Source of the DNA: Escherichia coli
GTDB taxonomy: Bacteria; Pseudomonadota; Gammaproteobacteria; Enterobacterales; Enterobacteriaceae
Assembly (NCBI RefSeq): GCF_013315695.1
Contig: NZ_CP054353.1
Length of the DNA stretch: 64,000 bases
Strand: one strand, 5' to 3'
The first letter of the stretch is position 1, and every line of letters begins with the position of its first letter. The translations under genes and the position numbers were made by a program. The notes below the pieces were generated by a model. That model was not told the DNA's origin. It made no database searches and saw only the letters and a program-made list of their open reading frames with translations. Of this stretch, positions 1-11,639 are shown piece after piece.

Positions 1-41
1 TGCTGATGTGAACACCTGCCCAAATGAACCATCCTGACCCA

Positions 42-284
42 CTAGCGCCTGCCATACCCCACCATAAAGCGAATCATCAAGCCACAAGCCGGGGCAAGAA
101 ACATAAATATCCCCGTCACTAGTTCATTACCGCCAGTTAACCACATGGTGAAGTAGTAAATGAGTGCAGCGAGGATCACCATGCCGAAGAAAGAAGAGAC
201 CGCCGAGACCACGTTCAGGACCTGACCGATGTATCCGCTTACGCAGACAATACACAGGGCGAGAAACATCCATAAATAAATCAT
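42..284 (-). CDS. yfdY: small hydrophobic inner-membrane protein, 80 aa (YfdY-like)
   Basis: 80-codon ORF, almost entirely hydrophobic; lies divergently upstream of lpxP as in K-12 gene order. Confidence 0.7.
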   Translation of the reverse strand: MIYLWMFLALCIVCVSGYIGQVLNVVSAVSSFFGMVILAALIYYFTMWLTGGNELVTGIFMFLAPACGLMIRFMVGYGRR

Positions 285-636
285 AGCTCAACCTCCTGCC
301 GCGCTAAAAAACCTGTAACTTCAGTCACTTTAATAGTAAGACAATCCTTAACCTCTGGCAATTTTTGCTAAGCATCAATGAAAACAGCACGTTAAATGCA
401 ACGCTATTGCGTGCGGAAAACTTTTTACTTTGCACGATTAATAATCAGTAGCTGAAAGCCGTCAGCCAGTGATAAAGTAGAGCCACCGCATTCATGCTCC
501 TCGTGGTTATGTCCTGACTAGTCTTTACACTCTTTACAGGAACCATTGTCGTACATGATGGCCTAATCAATTGAGTGTACCGCTGTCGACATGGAATCTT
601 CTGCGATACAACAATTCGTATCTACAGAAGGTAACT

Positions 637-1557
637 ATGTTTCCAAAATGCAAATTTTCCCGCGAGTTTCTGCATCCTCGCTACTGGCTCACATGGTTTG
701 GGCTTGGTGTACTCTGGCTTTGGGTACAACTTCCTTATCCTGTTCTCTGCTTTCTCGGCACGCGTATTGGCGCAATGGCGCGACCATTCCTGAAACGGCG
801 TGAATCTATCGCCCGTAAAAACCTGGAACTTTGTTTCCCGCAGCATTCTGCGGAAGAACGCGAGAAGATGATTGCCGAAAACTTTCGTTCACTCGGCATG
901 GCGCTGGTAGAAACCGGCATGGCGTGGTTCTGGCCCGACAGTCGCGTACGTAAATGGTTTGATGTTGAAGGGTTGGATAACCTTAAACGCGCACAAATGC
1001 AAAATCGCGGCGTAATGGTTGTCGGCGTCCATTTTATGTCGCTGGAACTGGGCGGCCGCGTGATGGGACTGTGCCAACCAATGATGGCTACCTATCGTCC
1101 ACATAATAATCAGCTGATGGAATGGGTGCAGACCCGTGGGCGCATGCGCTCTAACAAAGCGATGATCGGCAGAAATAATCTGCGCGGCATTGTCGGTGCA
1201 CTGAAGAAAGGTGAAGCGGTATGGTTTGCTCCCGATCAGGATTATGGTCGTAAAGGCAGCTCCTTCGCGCCGTTCTTTGCGGTAGAAAATGTCGCCACAA
1301 CCAATGGCACCTATGTCCTCTCTCGTCTCTCTGGCGCAGCCATGTTGACCGTAACGATGGTAAGAAAAGCGGATTACAGCGGATATCGTTTGTACATCAC
1401 CCCAGAGATGGAAGGCTACCCGGCAGATGAAAATCAAGCCGCTGCCTATATGAACAAGATTATCGAAAAAGAGATCATGCGCGCACCGGAGCAGTACCTA
1501 TGGATCCACCGTCGCTTTAAAACGCGCCCGGTGGGAGAATCGTCGCTATACATTTAA
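637..1557 (+). CDS. lpxP: lipid A biosynthesis palmitoleoyl acyltransferase (LpxL/HtrB family), 306 aa
   Basis: ORF 571-1557; chose ATG at 637 (MFPKCKF...) with AAGG about 9 nt upstream; N-terminal TM segment followed by LpxL-family acyltransferase sequence. Confidence 0.9.
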   Translation: MFPKCKFSREFLHPRYWLTWFGLGVLWLWVQLPYPVLCFLGTRIGAMARPFLKRRESIARKNLELCFPQHSAEEREKMIAENFRSLGMALVETGMAWFWPDSRVRKWFDVEGLDNLKRAQMQNRGVMVVGVHFMSLELGGRVMGLCQPMMATYRPHNNQLMEWVQTRGRMRSNKAMIGRNNLRGIVGALKKGEAVWFAPDQDYGRKGSSFAPFFAVENVATTNGTYVLSRLSGAAMLTVTMVRKADYSGYRLYITPEMEGYPADENQAAAYMNKIIEKEIMRAPEQYLWIHRRFKTRPVGESSLYI

Positions 1558-1590
1558 CAAACTGCTCTTACTCTTTCCCTCCTCAAATCA

Positions 1591-1625
1591 GCCATAATAA
1601 CCTCATGGTTTTTATGGCTTTTTTC
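1591..1625 (+). terminator. rho-independent terminator of lpxP
   Basis: Stem GCCATAATAACC / GGTTTTTATGGC (one mismatch) with TCAT loop, followed by TTTTTTC. Confidence 0.6.
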
Positions 1626-1912
1626 TTAAGGTTTTTTCCTTCGCTGAATCTCTAATTATTACCGTCAGAAATTAAACTGTCGCCGATATGAGACACCTGT
1701 AAGTTACTAAAAGTAAATAAGAAAATGCCTCTTGTCTCGTTTCAGTTTTAGGCGTACATTAGCGCCGTCTGGAGCAGTTTAGCTCAGAATTCTGGGGTGA
1801 TGCCCACGGTAAAATACAGGACTTTTAAGGTCGTTTTGCCCGGTGTCAACTCACTGTATCAGGTGTAATGAAGTCATTCAGGCGTAACAGTAATTACGCG
1901 GAGAGATGTAAA

Positions 1913-1984
1913 GTGAAATATTTCTTTATGGGCATTTCTTTTATGGTCATCGTTTGGGCCGGTACTTTTGCCCTGATGATCTAA
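1913..1984 (+). CDS. ypdK: 23-aa single-TM small protein (YpdK-like), GTG start
   Basis: GTG AAA TAT TTC... encodes (M)KYFFMGISFMVIVWAGTFALMI; purine-rich stretch upstream; matches the K-12 small protein at this position (from memory). Confidence 0.55.
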   Translation: MKYFFMGISFMVIVWAGTFALMI

Positions 1985-2003
1985 AAGCAAACTGTGCAAT
2001 GAA

Positions 2004-2029
2004 AAACAGGAGCCATCTGGCTCCTGTTT
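2004..2029. terminator. bidirectional hairpin terminator between ypdK and alaC
   Basis: AAACAGGAGCC-ATCT-GGCTCCTGTTT perfect inverted repeat with A-run on one side and T-run on the other. Confidence 0.6.
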
Positions 2030-2048
2030 GCATTTCTGGCGATGGTGT

Positions 2049-3287
2049 TTATTCCGCGTTTTCGTGAATATGTTTGCTGCTGGCGGGTAGTAAACCGTCG
2101 GCACGGAACATCGCTTTAATTCCACGAATCGCCTGGCGAATACGATCGCGGTTTTCAATCAGTGCAAAGCGAACATGGGTGTCGCCGTAGTCGCCAAAGC
2201 CAATCCCTGGAGAGACACAGACCTTCGCTTCGTTAAGCAATTTCTTGGCAAATTCCAGTGAACCCATGGCCGCATATGGTTCCGGGATTTTCGCCCAGAC
2301 ATACATCGAAGCCTTCGGCATTTCGACCATCCAGCCCGCTTCATGCAGCCCTTTTACCAGTACATCACGGCGGCGTTTGTACTGTTCGGCAATATCGCGC
2401 ACGCACTGTTGATCGCCCTCCAGTGCCGCAATCGCCGCCACCTGCAACGGCGTAAAGGTGCCGTAATCGTGATAGCTTTTAATACGTGCCAACGCGCTGA
2501 CCAGCGTTTTGTTACCGACCATAAAGCCGATACGCCAGCCCGCCATGTTGTAACTTTTCGACAGCGTAAAGAACTCGACCGCCACATCGCGTGCACCTGG
2601 CACCTGCATGATTGACGGCGCTTTCCAGCCATCGTAGACGATATCGGCATAGGCCAGGTCATGGACCACCAGCACATCGTAGCGTTTCGCCAGCGCCACT
2701 ACTTTTTCGAAGAACTCCAGCTCCACGCATTGCGCAGTTGGGTTCGAGGGGAAGCCGAGGATCATCATCTTCGGTTTCGGATAACTTTCGCGAATGGCAC
2801 GTTCCAGTTCGTTGAAGAAATCGACACCTTCCACCAGCGGCACTGAGCGTACCTGCGCCCCGGCAATCACCGCGCCGTAAATATGAATGGGGTAACTTGG
2901 ATTCGGCACCAGCACTGTGTCACCGTGATCCAGCGTCGCCAGCATCAGATGCGCCAGGCCCTCTTTCGAACCAATAGTGACGATGGCTTCTGATTCCGGG
3001 TCGATTTCAACGTCGTAGCGATCCTGATACCAGCGGGAAATGGCGCGACGTAGCCGCGGAATGCCGCGTGAAGTGGAGTAACCATGCGTGTCCGGGCGCT
3101 GGGCCACCGTACATAATTTTTCGACGATATGCGGCGGAGTCGCACCGTCCGGGTTACCCATACTGAAATCGATAATATCTTCGCCGCGCCGACGCGCAGC
3201 CATTTTCAGTTCAGCGGTAATGTTAAAAACGTAGGGCGGGAGACGATCAATACGCGTAAAGCGACGTTCAGGGCGAGTGTCAGCCAT
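2049..3287 (-). CDS. alaC: PLP-dependent aminotransferase (glutamate-pyruvate aminotransferase AlaC), 412 aa
   Basis: 412-aa ORF with class I aminotransferase features, including the [15 protein letters not shown]-lysine region. Confidence 0.9.
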   Translation of the reverse strand: MADTRPERRFTRIDRLPPYVFNITAELKMAARRRGEDIIDFSMGNPDGATPPHIVEKLCTVAQRPDTHGYSTSRGIPRLRRAISRWYQDRYDVEIDPESEAIVTIGSKEGLAHLMLATLDHGDTVLVPNPSYPIHIYGAVIAGAQVRSVPLVEGVDFFNELERAIRESYPKPKMMILGFPSNPTAQCVELEFFEKVVALAKRYDVLVVHDLAYADIVYDGWKAPSIMQVPGARDVAVEFFTLSKSYNMAGWRIGFMVGNKTLVSALARIKSYHDYGTFTPLQVAAIAALEGDQQCVRDIAEQYKRRRDVLVKGLHEAGWMVEMPKASMYVWAKIPEPYAAMGSLEFAKKLLNEAKVCVSPGIGFGDYGDTHVRFALIENRDRIRQAIRGIKAMFRADGLLPASSKHIHENAE

Positions 3288-3663
3288 AATGTCCTCAGAT
3301 TAACGTTAGCGCCCGGACCGTCCGAGCGACGTCGCCACGATGGTGGCTGTTTTGAAAATAGCCTGATTAATTTCTGTCTGTCCAGCGTTTTAGAACATTT
3401 TTATCAATGGCTTTAAATGAGGAACTCCACTTCAAAAACAGGAAATTTATCTGCGCTAACAAGAAAATTACCACTCATTTTATTAACATTATAATTTCAA
3501 TAAATTTACCAAGCAGATGTGCATTATCAAGAGATGCATTGCTAATACACCATTTATCCTTCAATCCCCTTTTAAAATTGTGGCTTTTCCTCAAAAACGG
3601 CCTGCTGGTCATCAGCCTTCAGGTTACCTATCATAGAGGTTTAATCCTTATTCAGAGTCACCC

Positions 3664-5361
3664 GTGCACGAAATATTCAACATGCTGCTGGCGGTCTTCG
3701 ATCGGGCAGCGTTAATGCTTATCTGCCTGTTTTTTCTCATCCGTATCCGCCTGTTTCGCGAACTGTTGCACAAGTCGGCACACTCACCGAAAGAGCTGCT
3801 CGCCGTTACCGCCATTTTCTCGCTGTTCGCCCTGTTCAGCACCTGGTCCGGCGTTCCCGTAGAAGGCTCGCTGGTGAACGTACGTATTATCGCGGTGATG
3901 TCAGGCGGAATTCTGTTTGGCCCGTGGGTGGGCATCATTACCGGCGTGATTGCGGGTATTCACCGTTATTTAATTGACATCGGCGGCGTGACGGCGATCC
4001 CCTGCTTTATCACCAGCATTCTGGCGGGTTGTATATCGGGCTGGATCAACCTGAAAATCCCTAAAGCGCAGCGTTGGCGCGTCGGTATTCTCGGCGGCAT
4101 GTTGTGTGAAACGTTGACCATGATTCTGGTGATTGTCTGGGCACCAACTACCGCGTTGGGGATCGATATCGTCTCTAAAATCGGCATTCCAATGATCCTC
4201 GGTAGCGTCTGTATCGGCTTTATTGTGCTTCTGGTGCAAAGCGTTGAGGGCGAAAAAGAGGCCAGCGCCGCGCGGCAGGCCAAGCTGGCGCTGGATATCG
4301 CCAACAAAACGCTGCCGCTGTTTCGCCATGTCAATAGCGAGTCATTACGCAAAGTCTGCGAAATTATCCGCGATGACATTCACGCCGATGCGGTGGCGAT
4401 TACTAATACCGATCATGTGCTGGCCTACGTTGGCGTGGGTGAACATAACTATCAGAATGGCGATGACTTCATTAGCCCGACTACCCGTCAGGCGATGAAT
4501 TATGGAAAAATCATCATTAAAAACAATGATGAAGCCCACCGCACACCAGAGATTCATTCCATGCTGGTGATCCCATTGTGGGAGAAAGGCGTTGTGACCG
4601 GAACGCTGAAAATTTACTACTGCCACGCGCATCAGATCACCTCGTCATTACAGGAAATGGCGGTCGGTCTGTCACAAATCATCTCCACGCAACTGGAGGT
4701 TTCGCGCGCTGAGCAGCTGCGTGAAATGGCAAATAAGGCAGAGCTTCGCGCCCTGCAAAGCAAAATTAATCCCCATTTCCTGTTTAACGCTTTGAACGCT
4801 ATTTCATCGTCAATCCGCCTGAATCCGGATACTGCTCGCCAGCTGATCTTTAATTTGTCGCGCTATCTGCTCTATAACATTGAATTAAAAGATGATGAGC
4901 AAATCGATATCAAAAAAGAGCTGTATCAAATTAAAGACTATATTGCCATTGAGCAGGCCCGCTTTGGCGACAAGCTGACAGTTATCTATGATATTGATGA
5001 AGAGGTGAATTGCTGCATTCCCAGCCTGCTGATCCAGCCGTTGGTGGAAAACGCCATTGTCCACGGTATCCAGCCTTGCAAAGGTAAAGGCGTTGTCACC
5101 ATCAGCGTTGCAGAGTGCGGTAATCGGGTACGTATTGCGGTGCGAGATACCGGGCACGGCATCGATCCAAAGGTGATTGAGCGGGTCGAAGCGAATGAAA
5201 TGCCGGGCAATAAAATTGGCCTGCTGAATGTCCATCATCGTGTGAAGTTATTGTATGGCGAGGGGCTGCATATCCGCCGCCTGGAACCAGGAACGGAAAT
5301 TGCGTTTTACATTCCTAACCAACGCACCCCAGTCGCCTCACAGGCTACGTTATTGCTTTGA
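3664..5361 (+). CDS. ypdA: LytS-type sensor histidine kinase, 565 aa (YpdA; pyruvate-responsive two-component sensor in K-12)
   Basis: GTG start at 3664; N-terminal multi-TM region, central GAF-like region, C-terminal kinase with [10 protein letters not shown] motif and ATPase domain. Confidence 0.9.
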   Translation: MHEIFNMLLAVFDRAALMLICLFFLIRIRLFRELLHKSAHSPKELLAVTAIFSLFALFSTWSGVPVEGSLVNVRIIAVMSGGILFGPWVGIITGVIAGIHRYLIDIGGVTAIPCFITSILAGCISGWINLKIPKAQRWRVGILGGMLCETLTMILVIVWAPTTALGIDIVSKIGIPMILGSVCIGFIVLLVQSVEGEKEASAARQAKLALDIANKTLPLFRHVNSESLRKVCEIIRDDIHADAVAITNTDHVLAYVGVGEHNYQNGDDFISPTTRQAMNYGKIIIKNNDEAHRTPEIHSMLVIPLWEKGVVTGTLKIYYCHAHQITSSLQEMAVGLSQIISTQLEVSRAEQLREMANKAELRALQSKINPHFLFNALNAISSSIRLNPDTARQLIFNLSRYLLYNIELKDDEQIDIKKELYQIKDYIAIEQARFGDKLTVIYDIDEEVNCCIPSLLIQPLVENAIVHGIQPCKGKGVVTISVAECGNRVRIAVRDTGHGIDPKVIERVEANEMPGNKIGLLNVHHRVKLLYGEGLHIRRLEPGTEIAFYIPNQRTPVASQATLLL

Positions 5362-5375
5362 GCCGGAGTGATATT

Positions 5376-6110
5376 GTGAAAGTCATCATTGTTGAAGACG
5401 AATTCCTGGCACAACAGGAACTGAGCTGGCTAATTAAAGAGCACAGCCAGATGGAGATTGTCGGCACCTTTGACGACGGTCTGGACGTGTTGAAGTTTTT
5501 GCAGCATAACCGCGTCGACGCCATTTTTCTGGATATCAATATTCCGTCGCTGGATGGTGTGTTGCTGGCGCAAAACATCAGCCAGTTCGCCCATAAACCG
5601 TTTATTGTGTTCATCACCGCGTGGAAAGAACATGCGGTAGAAGCGTTTGAACTGGAAGCGTTTGACTACATTCTCAAACCGTATCAGGAGTCACGCATTA
5701 CCGGGATGCTGCAAAAACTGGAAGCAGCCTGGCAACAACAGCAGACCAGCAGTACGCCTGCCGCGACGGTAACGCGTGAGAATGACACCATTAATCTGGT
5801 GAAAGATGAGCGAATCATCGTCACGCCCATTAACGATATCTATTACGCCGAAGCGCATGAGAAAATGACCTTTGTCTATACGCGGCGTGAATCCTACGTA
5901 ATGCCGATGAACATTACCGAGTTTTGCAGCAAGCTGCCGCCGTCGCATTTTTTCCGCTGCCATCGCTCATTTTGTGTCAATCTGAACAAAATCCGCGAGA
6001 TCGAACCGTGGTTTAATAACACCTATATTCTGCGGCTGAAAGATCTGGATTTTGAAGTGCCGGTCAGCCGCAGCAAAGTTAAAGAATTCCGCCAGTTAAT
6101 GCATCTTTAA
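5376..6110 (+). CDS. ypdB: LytTR-family response regulator, 244 aa (YpdB)
   Basis: Chose GTG at 5376 (VKVIIVEDE) with GGAG upstream; receiver domain plus C-terminal LytTR DNA-binding domain; immediately follows ypdA. Confidence 0.9.
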   Translation: MKVIIVEDEFLAQQELSWLIKEHSQMEIVGTFDDGLDVLKFLQHNRVDAIFLDINIPSLDGVLLAQNISQFAHKPFIVFITAWKEHAVEAFELEAFDYILKPYQESRITGMLQKLEAAWQQQQTSSTPAATVTRENDTINLVKDERIIVTPINDIYYAEAHEKMTFVYTRRESYVMPMNITEFCSKLPPSHFFRCHRSFCVNLNKIREIEPWFNNTYILRLKDLDFEVPVSRSKVKEFRQLMHL

Positions 6111-6122
6111 TCGGGAACTTTC

Positions 6123-6980
6123 ATGAAAGCACCAGGCTTGCCCGCCGATCAACAATTTTTCGCCGATCTGTTCAGCGGCCTGGTGCTTAACCCGCAACTA
6201 CTGGGGCGCGTCTGGTTTGCCAGCCAGCCTGCCTCATTGCCAGTGGGCAGTTTATGTATTGATTTTCCCCGTCTGGATATCGTGCTACGCGGCGAATACG
6301 GCAATCTGCTGGAAGCAAAGCAGCAACGTATGGTGGAAGGAGAAATGCTGTTTATTCCGGCACGCGCGGCTAATTTACCGGTCAACAACAAACCGGTGAT
6401 GCTGTTAAGCCTGGTGTTCGCACCGACCTGGCTTGGGTTATCGTTTTACGATAGCCGCACCACGTCGTTGTTGCATCCTGCCCGCCAGATCCAGCTTCCC
6501 AGCCTGCAACGCGGCGAAGGTGAAGCGATGCTTACCGCCCTCACCCATCTTAGCCGTTCGCCGCTGGAGCAGAATATCATTCAGCCACTGGTGTTAAGTT
6601 TGCTGCATCTTTGCCGCAACGTGGTGAATATGCCACCGGGCAATTCGCAGCCGCGCGGCGATTTTCTCTATCACAGCATTTGTAACTGGGTTCAGGATAA
6701 TTATGCCCAGCAGCTCACCCGCGAGAGCGTGGCTCAGTTTTTTAATATCACGCCCAATCATCTGTCAAAACTGTTTGCTCAGCATGGAACAATGCGTTTT
6801 ATCGAGTATGTTCGCTGGGTACGAATGGCAAAGGCAAGGATGATTTTGCAGAAATATCATCTGTCGATTCATGAAGTGGCACAGCGTTGCGGTTTTCCGG
6901 ACAGCGACTATTTTTGTCGCATTTTCCGGCGTCAGTTTGGCCTGACGCCGGGAGAGTACAGCGCCCGTTTTCAGGGCTAA
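6123..6980 (+). CDS. ypdC: AraC/XylS-family transcriptional regulator, 285 aa
   Basis: C-terminal AraC-type HTH region (HLSKLF...RFIEYVRWVRMAKA...); 13 bp downstream of ypdB. Confidence 0.85.
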   Translation: MKAPGLPADQQFFADLFSGLVLNPQLLGRVWFASQPASLPVGSLCIDFPRLDIVLRGEYGNLLEAKQQRMVEGEMLFIPARAANLPVNNKPVMLLSLVFAPTWLGLSFYDSRTTSLLHPARQIQLPSLQRGEGEAMLTALTHLSRSPLEQNIIQPLVLSLLHLCRNVVNMPPGNSQPRGDFLYHSICNWVQDNYAQQLTRESVAQFFNITPNHLSKLFAQHGTMRFIEYVRWVRMAKARMILQKYHLSIHEVAQRCGFPDSDYFCRIFRRQFGLTPGEYSARFQG

Positions 6981-6982
6981 CG

Positions 6983-9478
6983 TCAGAAGGTTAATTCCGT
7001 TTCCAGCAGCGTCAGGATGCTTTGCGCATCTTGCGCGGCGAACAGCGACTGGCGGAAGTTTTTATTCACCAGTTTGCGCGCCAGCTGCGAGAAGACTTTC
7101 ACATGGCTCATCCCTTCGTTAGCACCTAACGTCAGCATGATCACCAGTTCGACTTCGCCCATTTCTGACTGCCAGTCAACCGGTTTCACCAGCCGGGCAA
7201 TGCTGATACTGGAATGACGGATCCACTGAGATTTGGTGTGCGGGATCGCTACGCCAAAACCAACGCCGGTGGTAACAATCTCTTCCCGCTGCCAGACATC
7301 TTCTTCCAGCTCAAACGGATGTTCAGTACGCCCGTTAACGCCGAGGTTACCGCACAGGAACTGGATCGCCTGCTCTTTATTGCTAAAGGCCTGATCAACG
7401 AAGATATTCTCCAGCGCCAGCAGCGGGCGAACGTCTTCTTCCGGCGTAAACGCGGTGAGTAACGCTTCAATCTCCTGCGCGCTGCGGCATTCACATGCCT
7501 GACGCGCCAGTTCCCGACACGCCTCGCTATCCAGTTGACGAAGCTGGCTTTTCACCGCCGGAATGCGCGGGCTACTCATACTCAGCTCGTCCAGGCCCAG
7601 CCCAAGCAGTAGCGGCAGATAACGACTTTCACCGCCCAGTTCACCGCAAATACCTACCCATTTACCCCGCTGATGCGCAGTGGTAACAATCTGCTGCAAC
7701 ATGCGCAGGAACGATGGCGTAATCGGGTTATACAGCGGCGATACGCGCGGGTTATTACGATCGACCGCATACAGATACTGGGTCATATCGTTGGAGCCGA
7801 TACTGAAGAAATCGACCTCATCGCAGAAGTGATCGATGATGTAGCACACCGACGGCACTTCCACCATGATACCCAGCGTAATCGTCTCTGCATGACGCAG
7901 GCCATCGCGCTTAAGCTCAACGATCGCTTTTTGGATCTCGCCCTTCACCCATAAGATCTGATCGAGGCTGTGAACCATCGGGATCATCAACTGGGCGTTG
8001 CCGAAACAGGCAGCACGCAAAATCGCCCGCAGTTGAGTGCGGAACAGGCCAGCAAATTCCGGGTAAATACGTACCGCGCGATAGCCGAGGAACGGGTTCT
8101 CTTCCTGGGGAATATTCAGATAAGGAATGCTTTTATCGCCGCCGATGTCCATCGTGCGGAAGATAATCGGCTTGTCGCCCGCCGCCAGTAGCACCTGCTG
8201 GTAGGCTTCAAATTGCTCCTGCTCGTCCGGCGCGCTGTCGCGATCCATATAGAGCATTTCGGTACGGAACAGCCCGACACCTTCCGCGCCGTTGGCAAAC
8301 GCGCCTGGCGCTTCCAGCGCGGTGCCGATATTCGCCGCAATATCAATACGCTTGTTATCACGGGAATAGGCCAGCTGCGCGGCGGCCTGCGCCTGTTGTT
8401 TTTGGCGTTTATCCGCCAGCGTCTGCGCAACCTGATAATAACCGCTCACCGCGTCATTCGGGTTAATCGCCAGCACGCCGCACTGGGCGTCAAGCACTGC
8501 AGGTTGCCCGGCATAACGGGCAATCGCATCCAGCGGCAGGCCGCTCAGTACCGGGATCGCCGAAGCGCGGGCCAGGATCAGGGTATGCGAGGTGCGCCCG
8601 GTTTTCTCCAGAATCATGCCCGCAAGATTTTTTAAATCGAGGCTCAAAAACTGGCTTGGGGTTAAATCTTCAGCCACCAGAATAGTCGGTTTTTCAAGCA
8701 CCAGATTATTGCGCGGTTTTAGTTCCGGCCAGGTGATATGCAGCAACTGTTCGCTGATATCGCGAATGTCGCTGACCCGCTCGCGCAGATAATCGCTGGC
8801 AGAAGCAGAAAGTTTGGCACAAACCTGCTCCATATTGCTGATGATCGCCGCCCCCAGCCCCTGATGCTGTTCTGCCATCAGGTGACGGATATTGCCTGCA
8901 AATTCATCATCCTGAATCAGCGACAAATGGGCGCTGAGGATAGTTTTGCTTTCGCCGTCACGCTCACGCAATTGCTGGTTCAGTTGCTCGGCAAGCGTTG
9001 CCAGACTGTGCTCCAGCAGGGTGGAATCTTGCGCACTGGCCGGTATTGCCCGATAACTGTCGAGGCTGTCGCTCTGTAACAGGGTCAGCGTACCCACGCC
9101 GACGCCGCTTGCCAGCACATTGCCGTACAGTAAATCAGGATTCAGACGGCTTAATGAACGCGGCAGCGGATGCGCCGTCAGTTCTGCCTGCGTTGGCTGG
9201 ACGCTGTCGCTGTCGATAAAGCGCGCCTGGATGTACTCTTCCAGCACGCGCCGCGCCTGCTCTTCATCGCTGCCGCTAATGTTCAGGCTGCAACTGTCAT
9301 TAAATAGGGTGCCGGTGCCAATCAGCGCCAGCGAGCTTTTCGCATCTGCCTTTGCGTTCTGGCGATGGTTGATGAAGGTGATTTCGCTTTGCCACTGGCT
9401 GCACTGTTCTTTAAGTTCCCACGCCGGACGAGCATGCAGACCGTTAGGCAGAGGACAGAGAAATTGAATCGTTAGCAT
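6983..9478 (-). CDS. fryA: PTS multiphosphoryl transfer protein (EIIA-HPr-EI fusion), 831 aa
   Basis: N-terminal HPr-like domain (GLHARPA), internal EI core and C-terminal EIIA-like domain; last gene of a minus-strand operon. Confidence 0.9.
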   Translation of the reverse strand: MLTIQFLCPLPNGLHARPAWELKEQCSQWQSEITFINHRQNAKADAKSSLALIGTGTLFNDSCSLNISGSDEEQARRVLEEYIQARFIDSDSVQPTQAELTAHPLPRSLSRLNPDLLYGNVLASGVGVGTLTLLQSDSLDSYRAIPASAQDSTLLEHSLATLAEQLNQQLRERDGESKTILSAHLSLIQDDEFAGNIRHLMAEQHQGLGAAIISNMEQVCAKLSASASDYLRERVSDIRDISEQLLHITWPELKPRNNLVLEKPTILVAEDLTPSQFLSLDLKNLAGMILEKTGRTSHTLILARASAIPVLSGLPLDAIARYAGQPAVLDAQCGVLAINPNDAVSGYYQVAQTLADKRQKQQAQAAAQLAYSRDNKRIDIAANIGTALEAPGAFANGAEGVGLFRTEMLYMDRDSAPDEQEQFEAYQQVLLAAGDKPIIFRTMDIGGDKSIPYLNIPQEENPFLGYRAVRIYPEFAGLFRTQLRAILRAACFGNAQLMIPMVHSLDQILWVKGEIQKAIVELKRDGLRHAETITLGIMVEVPSVCYIIDHFCDEVDFFSIGSNDMTQYLYAVDRNNPRVSPLYNPITPSFLRMLQQIVTTAHQRGKWVGICGELGGESRYLPLLLGLGLDELSMSSPRIPAVKSQLRQLDSEACRELARQACECRSAQEIEALLTAFTPEEDVRPLLALENIFVDQAFSNKEQAIQFLCGNLGVNGRTEHPFELEEDVWQREEIVTTGVGFGVAIPHTKSQWIRHSSISIARLVKPVDWQSEMGEVELVIMLTLGANEGMSHVKVFSQLARKLVNKNFRQSLFAAQDAQSILTLLETELTF

Positions 9479-9568
9479 AACCGCTCCGGGTTAATCAGGA
9501 GATCATCTGAAATCCGTCAGTTGAACAACCGTCTCACGCGTAAGACGTTGAATAAGGGCAGATAAAAG

Positions 9569-10540
9569 TTACTGCATCTGCAAAATGTCGCGGCAATCGG
9601 CAATCGATGCCGCGCAATGTCCGTGGCGGGTGGCAGGCCCCATCACCACTGTGGGTACGCCAGTGCCGGTTAAATGCATCGCTCCACCGTCCGTGCCGCC
9701 GTTGCTGAACATATCTGCCTGTAACGGCACGCCAATTTCTGCCGCCACGGTTTCAATCCACGCGGTAAGTTTTGGCGGCGCAATCAGCGATTTATCGCTT
9801 AACACCAGCATCGGGCCGTTACCAATCTGACGATGGTTAGCCGCGCCATAATCAAAGTTTTTCGCCCAGCAGGCGGTATCAAGCACAATGGCGACGTCCG
9901 GCGACACCGCGCGGGTGGCAGTTTGCCCGCCGCGTAATCCCACCTCTTCGCTGGAACTTGCCACCAGCCACACTTCCGCAGGCAGTTCGGCGTCGTGCAG
10001 CTCACGTAGTAACGTCACCAGCAGATAGCAACCGAGGCGATCATCAAAGGCTTTCCCCATCACCCGCTGGTGCGGGAGAACCTGAAAAGTTGTATCAAAG
10101 GTGACGCGATCGCCTGGACGAATTCCCACCTGCATCACTTCGTCATACGAGCGCGCACCAATGTCCACGCGCATGGTGCTGACGTCATTTCCCTGCCGGT
10201 CGCCGTCAAGCAGGCCAGGTATTTTGCACTCTTCACGGGTGGTGATGCGCACCGGCTGAAGCTGTCGGGCAGCCATGCGTACATTGCCAACCGGCAACAC
10301 ATCGATCGCCCCTTCGCGGGAGATGCTGCGCACCATAAATCCCACTTCATCCATATGCGCACAGATCATCACCTTCGGACCTGTCGATTCATTGAGGCGG
10401 ATCAGCACCGATCCCAGGCCGTCAAATCGCACTTCTTTTTGCAGGCGATCCGCTTCTTCCAGCAGGATCTGCCGTACTTCCTGTTCCGAGGAGGCGATCG
10501 CATCTGCCTCGCTCAACGCTTTTAATAGCGATAAATCCAT
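9569..10540 (-). CDS. ypdE: M42-family aminopeptidase
   Basis: 323-aa ORF; its ATG overlaps the ypdF stop (TAATG), indicating translational coupling. Confidence 0.85.
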   Translation of the reverse strand: MDLSLLKALSEADAIASSEQEVRQILLEEADRLQKEVRFDGLGSVLIRLNESTGPKVMICAHMDEVGFMVRSISREGAIDVLPVGNVRMAARQLQPVRITTREECKIPGLLDGDRQGNDVSTMRVDIGARSYDEVMQVGIRPGDRVTFDTTFQVLPHQRVMGKAFDDRLGCYLLVTLLRELHDAELPAEVWLVASSSEEVGLRGGQTATRAVSPDVAIVLDTACWAKNFDYGAANHRQIGNGPMLVLSDKSLIAPPKLTAWIETVAAEIGVPLQADMFSNGGTDGGAMHLTGTGVPTVVMGPATRHGHCAASIADCRDILQMQ

Positions 10541-11625
10541 TATGCCTCTCCCGTGAGCAACACTGTTTTCGGCATGGCGTAGAGCACTTCTGCGCCTTGC
10601 GGGGTGACCAGCACAACATCTTCGATGCGCACGCCCCCTTGCCCTGGCAAATAAATCCCCGGCTCCACGGTCAGTAACATGCCTGGCTGTAGCGTCGTGG
10701 TGTCCCGCGGTGAAAAACGCGGATCTTCATGGACTTCAATGCCGATAGCATGACCGGTGTTATGACCGAAATAGTCGCCAAATCCAGCCTCGGTAATCAC
10801 CCGGCGCGCGGCGTCGTCAACCTGCTGGCAGCGCACGCCGGGGCGAATCGCGGAGATTGCCGCGAGCTGTGCCTGCAAAACAATCTGATAGACGTCAAAC
10901 AGCGGGTGAGATTCGGCGCTCACCCCTTCGCCATTCACCAGCAAGGTGCGCGTCATATCAGAGCAGTAGCCCTGATACAGCGCACCAAAATCAAGAGTGA
11001 CAAACTCGCCCGCTGCAACAATCTTGTCGCTGGCTTTACCGTGCGGCAGCACCCCACGCCAGCCACTGGCGACAATGGTATCGAAAGAGGCTTTTTCTGC
11101 GCCCTGCTGGCGCATAAACCACTCCAGTTCAGCGGCTATCTCGCGCTCGCTCATTCCCGCCTGAATAAAGCGGCGAATATGCTCTGCACCGCGATCGGCA
11201 ATCCCACAGGCGAGGCGGATTTTCTCCACCTCCTCTGGCGTTTTGATTTGCCGCAGCACATCCGGCGTGGCGCTTACCAGTTTCGCATTGAGTTCAGACT
11301 GCCAGCGGTGCGCGGTTTCCCAACTCACCTGCTGGCCTTCAAAACCGAGCGTTTGCAACTGCTCATCGGCAATGATTTGCCTGGCGATGGTTGCAAGCGT
11401 GTGCGTCGCGTCAAGCAAATGCAGCTGGTAACCTTGCGTGCGGGCTTCTACATCCGCGTAATAGCGCGAGTCCACCAGAATGTGCGCACTTTCACGGCTA
11501 ATCAGCACATAGCCTGATCCGGTGGAGATCCCCAGATGCGGCTGTTTGTTCTGCCGTGAGGAGAGAAGCACCGCATCCAGTTGTTGCGCCTTAAGCCAGT
11601 CACGCAGCGAAGCGAGTAATGTCAT
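10540..11625 (-). CDS. ypdF: M24-family Xaa-Pro aminopeptidase, 361 aa
   Basis: Creatinase/prolidase N-terminus plus M24 metal-binding core ([13 protein letters not shown]). Confidence 0.85.
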   Translation of the reverse strand: MTLLASLRDWLKAQQLDAVLLSSRQNKQPHLGISTGSGYVLISRESAHILVDSRYYADVEARTQGYQLHLLDATHTLATIARQIIADEQLQTLGFEGQQVSWETAHRWQSELNAKLVSATPDVLRQIKTPEEVEKIRLACGIADRGAEHIRRFIQAGMSEREIAAELEWFMRQQGAEKASFDTIVASGWRGVLPHGKASDKIVAAGEFVTLDFGALYQGYCSDMTRTLLVNGEGVSAESHPLFDVYQIVLQAQLAAISAIRPGVRCQQVDDAARRVITEAGFGDYFGHNTGHAIGIEVHEDPRFSPRDTTTLQPGMLLTVEPGIYLPGQGGVRIEDVVLVTPQGAEVLYAMPKTVLLTGEA

Positions 11626-11639
11626 CTGGATTTTCCTTC

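Noticed and set aside
889-1437. 182-aa minus-strand ORF inside lpxP
   Set aside because: Antisense to a confidently identified gene, no SD, Cys/His/Arg-rich composition typical of a non-coding frame.
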